Source of the DNA: Histomonas meleagridis 2922-C6/04-290x
Lineage: Eukaryota; Protista; Parabasalia
Assembly (NCBI GenBank): GCA_020184695.1
Contig: JAANOX010000008.1
Span: 1-64,000 of the forward strand
Reading direction: 5' to 3'
DNA: 64,000 nt
In this document: positions 11,505 to 22,579 of the stretch, piece after piece
Position numbering within the stretch: the first letter of the stretch is position 1
How the letters are laid out: each line of letters starts with the position of its first letter
Translations under genes and position numbers: made by a program
Notes under the pieces: generated by a model
Databases searched by the model: none
Told to the model about the DNA's origin: nothing
The model's input: the letters and a program-made list of their open reading frames with translations, nothing else

Positions 11505-11902
11505 AAATGAATAAATTGAAATTTTATTTATTTGTAATTTTTGTTGTTTCATTATTAAAATCATTGTGATTAAATTTAAGTAAGAAAGAGTAAGAAAGAT
11601 TTTCCATATGTACACGTTTCATTGGTATATTTTACAGTTTAGAACGGTCATTTGAATATCAACATCTACAATATCTGCAAGGCATTACAAAATTTAATTA
11701 ATTCGTATATTTGTTAATTTAAAGAACTTCTTTAAGACAGAATCAACTCCTGAAACTCTTAATGCAGCACCATAAACCACCTGATGATTTGTCTCACTCA
11801 ACATCTCTTTTAATTTGAATTTTTTTGGTTATTATTCCCAATCTTCAACGACCGTTTATTTGATTGCAACCTCGCTAAACAAACGTACTCCTCGGCGCCA
11901 AG

Positions 11903-13318
11903 ATGGATTCCTACAAAGGAAGCAATTTTTCGAAAACCTCTGTTTTAAGTCTTGATACTACTAGTCAAATATATGATGAATCATGGATTGAACCATTTTT
12001 CAATAATTTTATAACATTCATAAAAAATAATGATTCTTTTTCGTTACAAAACTTGGTTGATCAACATGAGTTACAACTCAAAGGACATTTAAAGAGCAGT
12101 CCACTTCCAACTTGTGCATATGATGAAGAAGTTATTCAATCCTTATTTTTTTGCTTTTTACCAGAAAATGCAGAACGTTTTTATTTACCAGGAATCACAG
12201 TTTTTGATACGCTTTATGTACGTACTAATGAAACTAATTTCGAAGTATTTCTTGAAAATAATATATTTGAACTTTTTCTCAATTTATTCCAAATTATTCC
12301 CAAGCACTTTCAACTTGTGCTTCTTCGTCTTATTCTCCATATTTCTCATAAGTATCCACTTTGTTCACCAATCATCAACAACCTTTTTGGCGAGAATTTC
12401 TTGTTTTTTTTCATTCAATTTGATCATAATTTAAATCTCCGTGGCGAGTATCTTCGTATGAAAGCCAAACATCTTACATCTGAAAATGATACGATTGATA
12501 ATTTTACTAATATTCTCGAAACACTTCGATTTAGCTTAACAGATCAACCAAACTTATTTGATATTCATCACCTTCGCTGTGTTTCACTTGATGCATTTCA
12601 TTTTCTTTGTTTATATAGTTCCCAACTTTATGATTTTCTACTCGAACATCAAAAACATTTCGAAGAAATTATTTTTGTATATTTGTTATCGAATGACTTT
12701 GGAATGAATTCTTGTAAATATCAATACATGGCACTTTTAATTTGTGCAGATATTATGAGCACTGATAAATGTTATCTTCACATTAATTTAAAGGATTTTA
12801 TTGAGCGATTTATGGATCTCAATTATTTCCCTAATGAAATGAATGAATTTAGTGATGCGCCTGTTTTAGTATGTCGAATAATACGAAAATTTTTAGAGAA
12901 AAGACAACAAGAACTTAAATATTTGGATTTTTTATATTCGAATGGATTCGAAAGGTTAAAAATATTCTTTGAAAACGGTAACTTCGAATTGAGAAAAGAA
13001 GCGCTTGCACTTGTAAATGATTTAGCATATGGACCAACTGTTGTTGTGGTATATATTATCGAAAATGGTTTTATGGATTTTTTGGTTGAGTTTTTAGATT
13101 TAGATTTTTGCCAAACAGGTAAAATCTTAAGTGTTCTTTATAATCTCGCAATGGTCGCAAAAAAAAAGCATTACACTGAAAGTGCGTTCAATGAGATATT
13201 TATAAAGGAAGATGTAATTGAGCCAATGTTAGAATTAAAGATGTGCGAAATACCAAAAATTGCTGAATTAGCTAATGAATTTTTAGATGCAATAGAATTT
13301 AATGAAAATATGTTTTAA
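11903..13318 (+). CDS. ARM/HEAT-repeat-like hypothetical protein (471 aa)
   Basis: Long ORF. C-terminal FELRKEALALVNDL and IAELANEFLD recall divergent importin-alpha-like ARM proteins. Confidence 0.6.
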   Translation: MDSYKGSNFSKTSVLSLDTTSQIYDESWIEPFFNNFITFIKNNDSFSLQNLVDQHELQLKGHLKSSPLPTCAYDEEVIQSLFFCFLPENAERFYLPGITVFDTLYVRTNETNFEVFLENNIFELFLNLFQIIPKHFQLVLLRLILHISHKYPLCSPIINNLFGENFLFFFIQFDHNLNLRGEYLRMKAKHLTSENDTIDNFTNILETLRFSLTDQPNLFDIHHLRCVSLDAFHFLCLYSSQLYDFLLEHQKHFEEIIFVYLLSNDFGMNSCKYQYMALLICADIMSTDKCYLHINLKDFIERFMDLNYFPNEMNEFSDAPVLVCRIIRKFLEKRQQELKYLDFLYSNGFERLKIFFENGNFELRKEALALVNDLAYGPTVVVVYIIENGFMDFLVEFLDLDFCQTGKILSVLYNLAMVAKKKHYTESAFNEIFIKEDVIEPMLELKMCEIPKIAELANEFLDAIEFNENMF

Positions 13319-14179
13319 TAAAATCAAATTATTTTTTGTTTTGTTTTGTTTTTTTGTGTATTAATGCAGGGGGACAAAAAGTAATGAGCAAACACTAACT
13401 CCCTTAATAATGAAATTATAGAAATAAAAAAAATATATTTTGAAAGTGAACATTTGAGTATATTTACTATCCAATGAGATTTTTTTAAAATAGGGATAAC
13501 CATAAACGTGGTCTCAATTTCCAGGTGAATGCGGCTGGAAATTTTTTAAGTAATTCATAACAAGCATGCTTACCTCATGTTTTTTTTCCCTATTTTTTTT
13601 TTCCCCCTCCTAATTTTTATCCATAAATTTATGATGGAACGATATATTTGATTCATGCATGAATTTATTACGAAAATAAATATCATTCAACATACATGTA
13701 TGATACCTACACGTAGTATATTTCATAAAATATACTAGAAATGATTTTAAAAATTTCCTGCAAATTTCTATATTTATCATTTGTAAATAATAGTACAAAT
13801 TATTGAAAAAAGTTATATGCACTATATTATCGGAAAAAATGAAAATAAAATATACTTATAAATGTGTTCGATTTTTCATTCTGATTTTTGTCATAAATCT
13901 TATCAAACACTTAATATAATAATTATACTTTATTTATCATGATAATTCAACGATTCTTTACTTTGCACAATTGCCACTTTTCTTGTTTTTTTCTGGAGAA
14001 AATTAATCAAATCATGCACTTAATATATTAAGATAAAATTTATATAATTTTATATGACCTATAAATGTTTTGTTATATTTTATTGAAAATTTATATTATT
14101 TATTTTTATAACATAGGATATTCGTATTTTAATATTTACGGTTGGAGTAGGTGCCCCAAAAAATTAAGTGTAGTTTGAA

Positions 14180-17100
14180 ATGATGTTTTTTATTTTTATT
14201 CAAGGAATTTATCTCCTTGATGTCATTGTATACTATGGGGATGTAAAGAACCAAACATATGGTGAAACTTTGTTAGAAGCAATTATTGATTTTCCCGATT
14301 TTGATGGAATTGAAATTTCAAACGGAATATTAAGGATAGAAGACATGTTACAAAGCAAACAGTACCTAACACAAATTCATTTTTTAAGAGCATCAAAAGT
14401 CGAATTCGAAAGAGGACAAATTCCAGATAATTTATTTTCTTTTTTTAATTTTCTTGAAGAAGTGACAATTGAAGGAACTCTTGATGTTATTGGTTCTTCT
14501 TCATTCGATACGTGTAGCAACCTTAAAAGTGTTTCATTTTCAGAAGTTAAAGAAATTCGCCAATATGCATTTTATTCATGTACTTTACTAACCACTGTAA
14601 ATTCTCCAAGGCTTGTGGCTGTTTCTGATAGTTCTTTCATGGAATGTGAAAATCTCAAAACAATTAATTCTCAATTACAAGTTATTGGTGAAAGTTCCTT
14701 TTACATGTGTACGTCATTAGTTGACATATCTTTTTCTTCAAAAATTGATGTGATACCGTCTTATTCATTTTATGGCTGTTCTCAAATTAATAAAGCACAA
14801 TTTTCCAATGCCAATACTATCGGAATATCTGCGTTTGCATTTTGTACTTCTTTAGTATCATTTACTGCAAACAATGTTCAAAGTACCGAAAATTTAGCAT
14901 TTGTCAGTTGCCGATCGCTCGTAACGGTTTCGATTCAAAAAGCAAAGACGATAGGGCCAAATACATTTGATTCATGTTCTTCATTACAAACAATTACATG
15001 TAAACCAACAAGTATTGGTGGTTCATCATTTATCGGATGTTCGAGTTTAGTTGATCTTTCATTTGCATCTGAAATCACATCTATATCACCATATAGTTTT
15101 TATTCATGCACTAATATTGTTAAAGCGGAATTTCTTCATGCAGAATCCATTGGCGAATATTCCTTTTATTTATGTACTAAATTAACAGAAGTCAATTTTC
15201 CTAATGCATCAACAGTTGGTCAAAATAGTTTTGCATATTGTTATCAACTAACTGAATTTACTAATTATGAGGCAAATGTTATTGGGAATGAATCATTTTA
15301 TTATTGTATTTCATTAAAATCAATTAATATTAATGCTAAAATTATCGAACAAGGCGCGTTTGAACATTGTACAAATTTATATACATTAAATGGAGCCGAA
15401 AGCTTTGTCAAAATTCAAGAAAATTCATTTAAAGATTGTTGGACATTAATCAGCATAAATTTAACAAATTTAGAAACATGTGGAAATTATTCATTCCAAG
15501 GCTGTATAAAATTATCAACAATTTATATGGGGAAACTTAAAACAATTGGTAATATGATTCTAGAAGATTGTCCATGTTTACAAAGTATATATTTAAATGG
15601 AATTAAAAAAATATCAAAAGAATCATTAATATTAACATCAAGTAAGAATTTAGAATCAATTAAAATGCCGAATTTAATTCAAGCTCCAAATAACTTTTTA
15701 AAGAATTGTCCATTACATACAATAACATTTGATTCATTAGAAAACATTGGAAATAATTTTTGTTATAATTGTACTAATTTATATAATGTTGAATTACCAA
15801 ATTTAAAGATTGTAGGTAATAATTGTTTAGCGTTTTGTAGTAATTTACAATATTTTATGGCCCCTAAATTAGAAATTGCTGGTGATAATCTTTTGTTCGG
15901 TTGTAAGAATTTTAAACCAATAGGTTTCGAAAATTTAATATCTTTAGGGAATAATCCATTTAATGAATGTGAAGAAAATTTTTTAACTTCATTTAAATTA
16001 AATTCTTTACAAAATGTCGGTAATTATTTCATGAAAAATATAAATTTTTTAGATGACATAAATACATTTGAAGAAAATACTCCAAATTTATTAAGTATTG
16101 GAGATTATACATTTATTAATAATAATGATAATATTATTCGATCAATGGAACATAAAAATATTCGAAGTTTTGGTAGTTATACATTTGCTAATTTTCATGA
16201 ATTAGAAGAAATTCATTTTAATAATTTAATTAAATGTAAATCTGCAACATTTTTAAATTGTACCAAATTAACATTAATTGATTTACCATTATTAAAAGAA
16301 TGTGAAAACTCAACATTTGAAAATTGTATTTCTTTAAAAAATATTAATTTACCATCTTTAGTTAATTGTGGATATAATACATTTAGTAATTGTATTAATT
16401 TGGAATCCGTTTCATTGCCAAATATTGATAATATTGGTACACAATCATTTTCTAATTGTACTAAATTAACAAATTTAATTTTACCAAATTTAACTTCTTT
16501 AGGAGATTTTGTATTTTCTAATTGTATATCTTTAAGTAATATTAATTTCCCTAAACTTATAATTATTGGAATTTCAGTATTTAGCTCATGTACTTCATTA
16601 AGAGAAATTTCACTTGATATTATTTTGATTGATGATTATGCATTTGAAAATTGTATTAATTTAAATTCCGTGAAATTAAATAATGCTGTTATCATATGTA
16701 AATATTCATTTTATAATTGTATATCATTAACAAATATTGAAATATCAAATGTTAGTGTAATTCAACAATTTGCATTTTATAATTGTCGAAATTTACAAAC
16801 AATTAAATCAATTGCTATATCAATTGATCAATCAGCGTTTGAAAATTGTAATAATTTAGTTAATGTACATTTTAATTTTGTTAAATTCATTGGAAAACGA
16901 TGTTTTATGAATTGTATATCATTAGTTAATGTAACATTTCCAAAGTTAACATCTCTTTCATCTGAATCATTTTCTAATTGTATATCATTAGAAACTGTAC
17001 ATTTCCCAAATTTATATACATTATTAAGTGGCGATTATCATTTTAATAATTGTTATAACCTTCGAATTGTTTATATGCCATCACTTCAAACAGTGAATGA

Positions 17101-17560
17101 ATCCGATTTAAATATATTTAATAATTGTACTTCGTTAGGGAAATTTTCTTTCAATTCAGATCCACCAAAAGAATTCTCAAACGATTTTTTAATTTCTTCA
17201 AATATTATACCAATAAATCAATCGAAATTAGTGTCTTATTACCCAATTATTGTTTGTTTGCCTCATATCGATGATTATGATAATTATTGTAATAAAGATA
17301 ATTGTACATTTAATAAAATATGGAAAATGTTACAACTTAATATGGATGAAGATAAGATTAAAATGTATTGCCCTGAAACTGAAAAAAAACATATTAAAAG
17401 TCTCGAAGTGTATCAAATAGTTTTGATAGCTCTCGGATGTTTAGTGTTTGTGGCGATTTTGATTATGATATTTGTAAATTATAAGTTCTTACATAAAGTA
17501 CATGCAGAAGAAAATGAAGCACATGAATTGGTGGAGGCGGTAATGGATGACTTCGGTTAA
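14180..17560 (+). CDS. BspA: BspA-like leucine-rich-repeat (TpLRR/LRR_5) surface antigen (1126 aa)
   Basis: Many about 23-aa IGxxAFxxCxxLxxIxLP repeats, a single C-terminal TM helix, and a short tail ending AVMDDFG. Confidence 0.93.
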   Translation: MMFFIFIQGIYLLDVIVYYGDVKNQTYGETLLEAIIDFPDFDGIEISNGILRIEDMLQSKQYLTQIHFLRASKVEFERGQIPDNLFSFFNFLEEVTIEGTLDVIGSSSFDTCSNLKSVSFSEVKEIRQYAFYSCTLLTTVNSPRLVAVSDSSFMECENLKTINSQLQVIGESSFYMCTSLVDISFSSKIDVIPSYSFYGCSQINKAQFSNANTIGISAFAFCTSLVSFTANNVQSTENLAFVSCRSLVTVSIQKAKTIGPNTFDSCSSLQTITCKPTSIGGSSFIGCSSLVDLSFASEITSISPYSFYSCTNIVKAEFLHAESIGEYSFYLCTKLTEVNFPNASTVGQNSFAYCYQLTEFTNYEANVIGNESFYYCISLKSININAKIIEQGAFEHCTNLYTLNGAESFVKIQENSFKDCWTLISINLTNLETCGNYSFQGCIKLSTIYMGKLKTIGNMILEDCPCLQSIYLNGIKKISKESLILTSSKNLESIKMPNLIQAPNNFLKNCPLHTITFDSLENIGNNFCYNCTNLYNVELPNLKIVGNNCLAFCSNLQYFMAPKLEIAGDNLLFGCKNFKPIGFENLISLGNNPFNECEENFLTSFKLNSLQNVGNYFMKNINFLDDINTFEENTPNLLSIGDYTFINNNDNIIRSMEHKNIRSFGSYTFANFHELEEIHFNNLIKCKSATFLNCTKLTLIDLPLLKECENSTFENCISLKNINLPSLVNCGYNTFSNCINLESVSLPNIDNIGTQSFSNCTKLTNLILPNLTSLGDFVFSNCISLSNINFPKLIIIGISVFSSCTSLREISLDIILIDDYAFENCINLNSVKLNNAVIICKYSFYNCISLTNIEISNVSVIQQFAFYNCRNLQTIKSIAISIDQSAFENCNNLVNVHFNFVKFIGKRCFMNCISLVNVTFPKLTSLSSESFSNCISLETVHFPNLYTLLSGDYHFNNCYNLRIVYMPSLQTVNESDLNIFNNCTSLGKFSFNSDPPKEFSNDFLISSNIIPINQSKLVSYYPIIVCLPHIDDYDNYCNKDNCTFNKIWKMLQLNMDEDKIKMYCPETEKKHIKSLEVYQIVLIALGCLVFVAILIMIFVNYKFLHKVHAEENEAHELVEAVMDDFG

Positions 17561-18480
17561 AATATATGTGGTTACTTATCTTTGCGTTTTATGTTGTTAA
17601 AATTTAAAAATAATTTTAGAAAATTAATATTAATAAAAAAATTCGAATATTTTTCTTTTAAAGTGTAATTAACTGATAAATGTTTGTGTTTGACGATTGA
17701 TGGAAATAATACGAAAAGGAAATTCTATCAATGATAGATGCAAATGCAAATGATATCGGAGGGTAGAAAAACACCATATGTACAAGAAATAATCAATTTA
17801 TCTCTTTGCTTGTGGGAGCAGGAACTCTTAATAAATTAAGGATCAAAATATGTTATTTATGACATGATTCTAAATCACCATTTCATATCAGAAGATTATC
17901 AGAGGTATTTTAAGATATCTAATACTATCAGCTTCAAACAAAGTCAGAAATAATTTTAATGCACAGATAATTGGAGTGCATAATGCATTAGAATTTTTAT
18001 GTGGTTAATTCAGTGTATACTAATTACACCTTGTTTTTGTCGCATTATAAACCAAGTTCTCATTTATTCCAAAAATCATACTCATTAGCTGATTCATCAA
18101 TTGTTATTTATGTCACTTTGTAATCGAAAATCTGATAAATACATAAAATTTATATATTTAATGTTCTAAAATCTTTGTCAATTGACAAGGGTTTTATGAT
18201 GTTGGAGGCAACAGAAGAAGTTAACTTGGTAAAGTACCTGATGAATTTGCTTTAAATTTAATTTTTTTTCATTTAGAATTCTTTCATTTCCCACCATTTA
18301 TGTCTGCACATTATAGTTTGGAAATGATCAAACTGGAAGAAAAAATATAAAAAACATAAGGATGAATGCATAAATTCTCCAGCTCATAAACTTTTTTACT
18401 CAATTTTTTGTGAAAATAATGGTAAAACGATCAAAATTTGTTCAATTTTCTATCGATAGAAAAGTGTGTTTCCCAATCCC

Positions 18481-19602
18481 ATGAGGCGCTCAATTTTTGA
18501 ATTTCCCCATCCATCATTAAAAAAAAGACCTTACAGATATCCGAAATGGGAACTTAATGAAAATAACAAATTAGGATCGGGCGAATATAAAATATCTGCC
18601 CTTGATTTCAACATTTCTCTTGATGATTCAATTCGAGCCAAAAACTTTCGAGAATATGATGAAACTATTCATTATCATGTTATTCAAAATGATGGCGAGA
18701 AACAATCATTAATATGGCTCACAGATGCAAAAAACATTTTTAATGCAGAACTCACGCAAATGCCTGAGTATTATATTACCCGACTTGTATTTAACGAGAA
18801 TCACAAAACAGTAATTATTCTTCGTAATGGTAGAGTCTATGGCGGGATATCGTTTCGACCATTCAAAGATCGTGATTTTGCTGAGATAGCCTTTTGTGCT
18901 GTCTCTACCAAACAACAAATCCGTGGTTATGGTGCACACATTATGGCTCATGTTAAAACATATCTCCAAGCAATTGGAATTTACAACATTCTTACATATG
19001 CAGATAACACAGCTGTTGGGTATTTCAAACGCCAAGGCTTTACATTAGAAATGAAACTCGATACGAACAAATGGGTTCATTACATTAAAGATTACCAAGG
19101 CGCCACTCTCATTCATTGTCAAATTCGACCTGACATTGATTACTTGCGCATTGGTGATGTCGTATCACAGCAAAAGAAACTAGTTTCAAGTTTACTTCCT
19201 AAGACAGACATTACACGTGTTACACATTGGCCAGTTAAATCGATAAAAGGAATTACAATTGATAAAGAACCAAAAGTTGATGTAATTAATCAGATGCACT
19301 TAATTGTTAGTAGCATCAAACTGAACTCGAGGTCTTGGCCATTCTTAAATCCAGTATCGCTTAAAGATGCACCGAATTATTTGGAAATTGTACAAAAGCC
19401 GATGGATTTGTCAACAATAGAAAAGAATATCGAAGAAAATAAATACCAAACATTGGATCAATTTGTTGATGATATGAAACTTATCTTCACAAATTGTTAC
19501 GCTTATAATGCTGTGGATAGTGTATATCATAGAAGCGCTAAAGAATTGGAAAAATATTTTGAAAAGTTATTAATGAAAACAAAAGAAGGAAGAAGGCGTT
19601 AA
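18481..19602 (+). CDS. GCN5: GCN5-type histone acetyltransferase with C-terminal bromodomain (about 373 aa)
   Basis: FAEIAFCAV, QIRGYG, LTYADNTAVGYFKRQGF and YIKDYQGATL HAT motifs; WPFLNPVS...PMDLSTI...NCYAYN bromodomain. I used the ATG at 18481 rather than the GTG at 18466. Confidence 0.93.
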   Translation: MRRSIFEFPHPSLKKRPYRYPKWELNENNKLGSGEYKISALDFNISLDDSIRAKNFREYDETIHYHVIQNDGEKQSLIWLTDAKNIFNAELTQMPEYYITRLVFNENHKTVIILRNGRVYGGISFRPFKDRDFAEIAFCAVSTKQQIRGYGAHIMAHVKTYLQAIGIYNILTYADNTAVGYFKRQGFTLEMKLDTNKWVHYIKDYQGATLIHCQIRPDIDYLRIGDVVSQQKKLVSSLLPKTDITRVTHWPVKSIKGITIDKEPKVDVINQMHLIVSSIKLNSRSWPFLNPVSLKDAPNYLEIVQKPMDLSTIEKNIEENKYQTLDQFVDDMKLIFTNCYAYNAVDSVYHRSAKELEKYFEKLLMKTKEGRRR

Positions 19603-20387
19603 ACAGAGTTAAAGATAAATAGATATGAATAAATATTAACTTTCTTGTGATTAAATGTAAATAATTCATTTTTTTAATTAAACACGAAACATTGTTTAAA
19701 ATATGATTTAAATGAATTCGTAACTTATTTTAAATTGTTACATTTAGTTTAATGACCTAAATGATGGTCTAAAACAAATATAATTCATTGTTGATTAGCT
19801 AATCAATTGAATTTTTTAAATGAACATCAAAAAACAACATGTTGAGGATAAAAAAACTTTAGAATTATAAAAATGCGTTAACACATTATATCAAACAATT
19901 ATTATAATTCCAAATATTGAATACTTTTTAACCTAAAATTAAAAAAAAAAGTTGAAATTGGCCAGCATAAATATTCTTCGATTAAAAAAAATTAACAAAA
20001 TTTCAATTACACTAACCTACGTTTTCATATCCTGTGTCATGTATATATCGCATTAATCATCCTCATAACACAAGGCTTTTTTTCGATGGTTAGAACTATG
20101 ATCGGGCGCATCGGAAATCCGTTTATAATTTTTGACAGTTCAATAACGGCATTGAAAGCCTCCACGAATAATGCCACTTTTAATTCAATACCCGATGTAT
20201 CACGCTCAAATTTGAGTTAATCGAGAAAATTATGGCAACTGCCGCAACACAATTTGTGACAATACAATAGAAATATTTCAATGAATTTGTGAGAGCAAGA
20301 TTAACGATAGTGATTTAACCGCGAAATTGATTTAAAGTTCTTTACAATCAGGTTTTTGTAAACTCCTCCAACCTCACCATTATTTCA

Positions 20388-22049
20388 ATGAATATAACAA
20401 TTGCAAATCTTCTTTTATCATCATGCTTAACAGGAAACACTATGACTGCGTCACCATTAAATGCGCGTGGAAGTTTCAATTTTTTGAATTCTCATCTTTC
20501 ATACTTTTTAAATTCAGCTTTATACATTTCAAACCCTTCTTTATCACTTAATGTCAAAGGCAACAAATTCATGAACTTTCTTAGTACTCCAGTAAAAGTA
20601 GAAACCTCAACTATACAATCTAAAACTCTCACAACAACTCAAAATTCCTTCACTGAATCCTCGTACACATTTAGCCAATGCCTTTTTTACCAGTGTGATG
20701 GTGGCTCAAATCTTGCTGGTGCTATAAGTGTTGATACATCTTCTACAGGTTCAAGTTTTACCATTGAGATTATAGGTTGTACTTTCTTCTGCTGCAGGTC
20801 ACAAGGTGCAGGAGCTGTGAGCGTTGGACACAATACTGGTTGGACCTCGATTAACTTTACTATTCATAATAATGATTTCAGAGGGTGTTACACACAGTCA
20901 ACCTTGCTCTCACTTCGAGAAGTTTTGCAAACTGGTTCGGTTTATGATTTCTTCGATAAATCTAGTGCACAAAATTTACTTCTTAAAACTTCAGGAGTTA
21001 TTTCTATGGATTATAACACATTTGAAAAGCCAGGAGTTAATAATGGAGTCCTTTCTTCACCATCTGTTAATATCTTTACTAATCTTCCAGATTTTTCAAA
21101 TTTGAATTTTAGTAAGCAAGGAGTAAATGACATATCTGAAGCCCTCCGTGTGAACTATGCCAGCAAAAACTTCGCCTTTAACTATTTCAATTTTTACGAT
21201 CAAAAAGGACGATATCTAATGAATCTTATTTATGAACAATCAGAAATCTGTAAAATGAATATTCAAAACATTAACATTATTAATTGCGAACTTGTTGATG
21301 GAGGCGATATGCTCTGGGAATATACACAAGATTCACCATCTTACATTTTATTATTTGATAACAAACTTGAAATCACAGAAGAACTTTCACTCTCTGACAT
21401 ATCCATTATCAATCCAATATTTGCGACATCCAAAGCTTATTTCTATTTTTGCCTCGAAATTAGCACACTCTTTAGAGAAGCAGAATCATTCCCAAGTTTA
21501 ACTGTCCAAAACTTATATTGTAACTCGAATTCAGTGTTCGAAAGAATAAGCCGAGAAGATAAAAATAATCATATAACAACCATCAGCACATACATTCCAA
21601 CTGTTTCATTCTCAAAGCCCATAGTAGTTCCAACAGATGTAATTTCTGATCCCGAAGTTGACCTTATAGTCCCTGATCAAAATGAACCAGATGATAACAA
21701 TGACAACACAACAATTATTATCATTGTTGTTGTAGTTGTTGTTGTAGTGGTAATAGTTGTTGTCGTCTTAGTTCTCGTTCTCGTTGTCTTTAAGGATAAG
21801 TCTAAAAAGCCGAAAAAGAATAAGAATAAGAAGCGCGAATCTTCTTCAAGTGATAAAGGCGTAATCGATAGTATGACTGTCGAAACTAAGATTCAGACCG
21901 ACGTAAACCCATTGACAACATTCACAACGGATAACCCATTCGCGACACAGTCGTCAATGTTGCCAACCAACGATCACGGGTTTAGCTCTGATCCATTTAG
22001 ACATAATGAGGACGATGGAGATGATGACCCTGACGATAATGTGTTTTAA
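20388..22049 (+). CDS. Type-I membrane surface protein, Pmp-like/beta-helix candidate (553 aa)
   Basis: N-terminal hydrophobic segment, GGAI/FxxC-like elements (CLFYQCDGGSNLAGAI), a Val/Ile-rich TM, a basic stop-transfer stretch, and a tail with NPF, DPF and an acidic cluster. Confidence 0.75.
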   Translation: MNITIANLLLSSCLTGNTMTASPLNARGSFNFLNSHLSYFLNSALYISNPSLSLNVKGNKFMNFLSTPVKVETSTIQSKTLTTTQNSFTESSYTFSQCLFYQCDGGSNLAGAISVDTSSTGSSFTIEIIGCTFFCCRSQGAGAVSVGHNTGWTSINFTIHNNDFRGCYTQSTLLSLREVLQTGSVYDFFDKSSAQNLLLKTSGVISMDYNTFEKPGVNNGVLSSPSVNIFTNLPDFSNLNFSKQGVNDISEALRVNYASKNFAFNYFNFYDQKGRYLMNLIYEQSEICKMNIQNINIINCELVDGGDMLWEYTQDSPSYILLFDNKLEITEELSLSDISIINPIFATSKAYFYFCLEISTLFREAESFPSLTVQNLYCNSNSVFERISREDKNNHITTISTYIPTVSFSKPIVVPTDVISDPEVDLIVPDQNEPDDNNDNTTIIIIVVVVVVVVVIVVVVLVLVLVVFKDKSKKPKKNKNKKRESSSSDKGVIDSMTVETKIQTDVNPLTTFTTDNPFATQSSMLPTNDHGFSSDPFRHNEDDGDDDPDDNVF

Positions 22050-22579
22050 ATGTTTCTCTCCAGATTTAAGTAAAATAATTTGAAAAATATAATAATGATA
22101 TAATAATTGATGTGAAGAATATTTTTTATTTTCAATTTCTGTTGATGAATTGTTGTGAAGATAAAAGTTATTATGAAGAATACATAAATTTGAATTCATA
22201 ATTATTAACTGTGTGAATATATGTTTTAGTATGCTCATGATTTGGTAATAAAAACATGTTCGAATGTTTCACTACCTTTATAGGATATGTTAAAAAAATT
22301 GTGAAGTGCTCTTATTTTGGGAATAATTCTTTATATTTGGAAGTTACATTAATATCAATTCCCTCTTGTTCAGATAGTAATTTAACTATTTATGAAGATG
22401 CTAAAATAAGTGCTGTATAAAATATTATAAACAATTTCCAAATGTTATTTTGAAATATAAAATTTTAAAATAAATTTTAAATATAATAAAAAAATAGTTT
22501 TGCATTGATGTCAAAAAGTCACTTTTTTGTGATGAAAAAATTGAATATAAAAATAAACAATACAATTTATTAACGTACA

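Noticed and set aside
18192-18224. FYDVGGNRRS resembling the G-alpha DVGGQR motif
   Set aside because: Immediately followed by a stop, with no other G-box in frame; probably chance.
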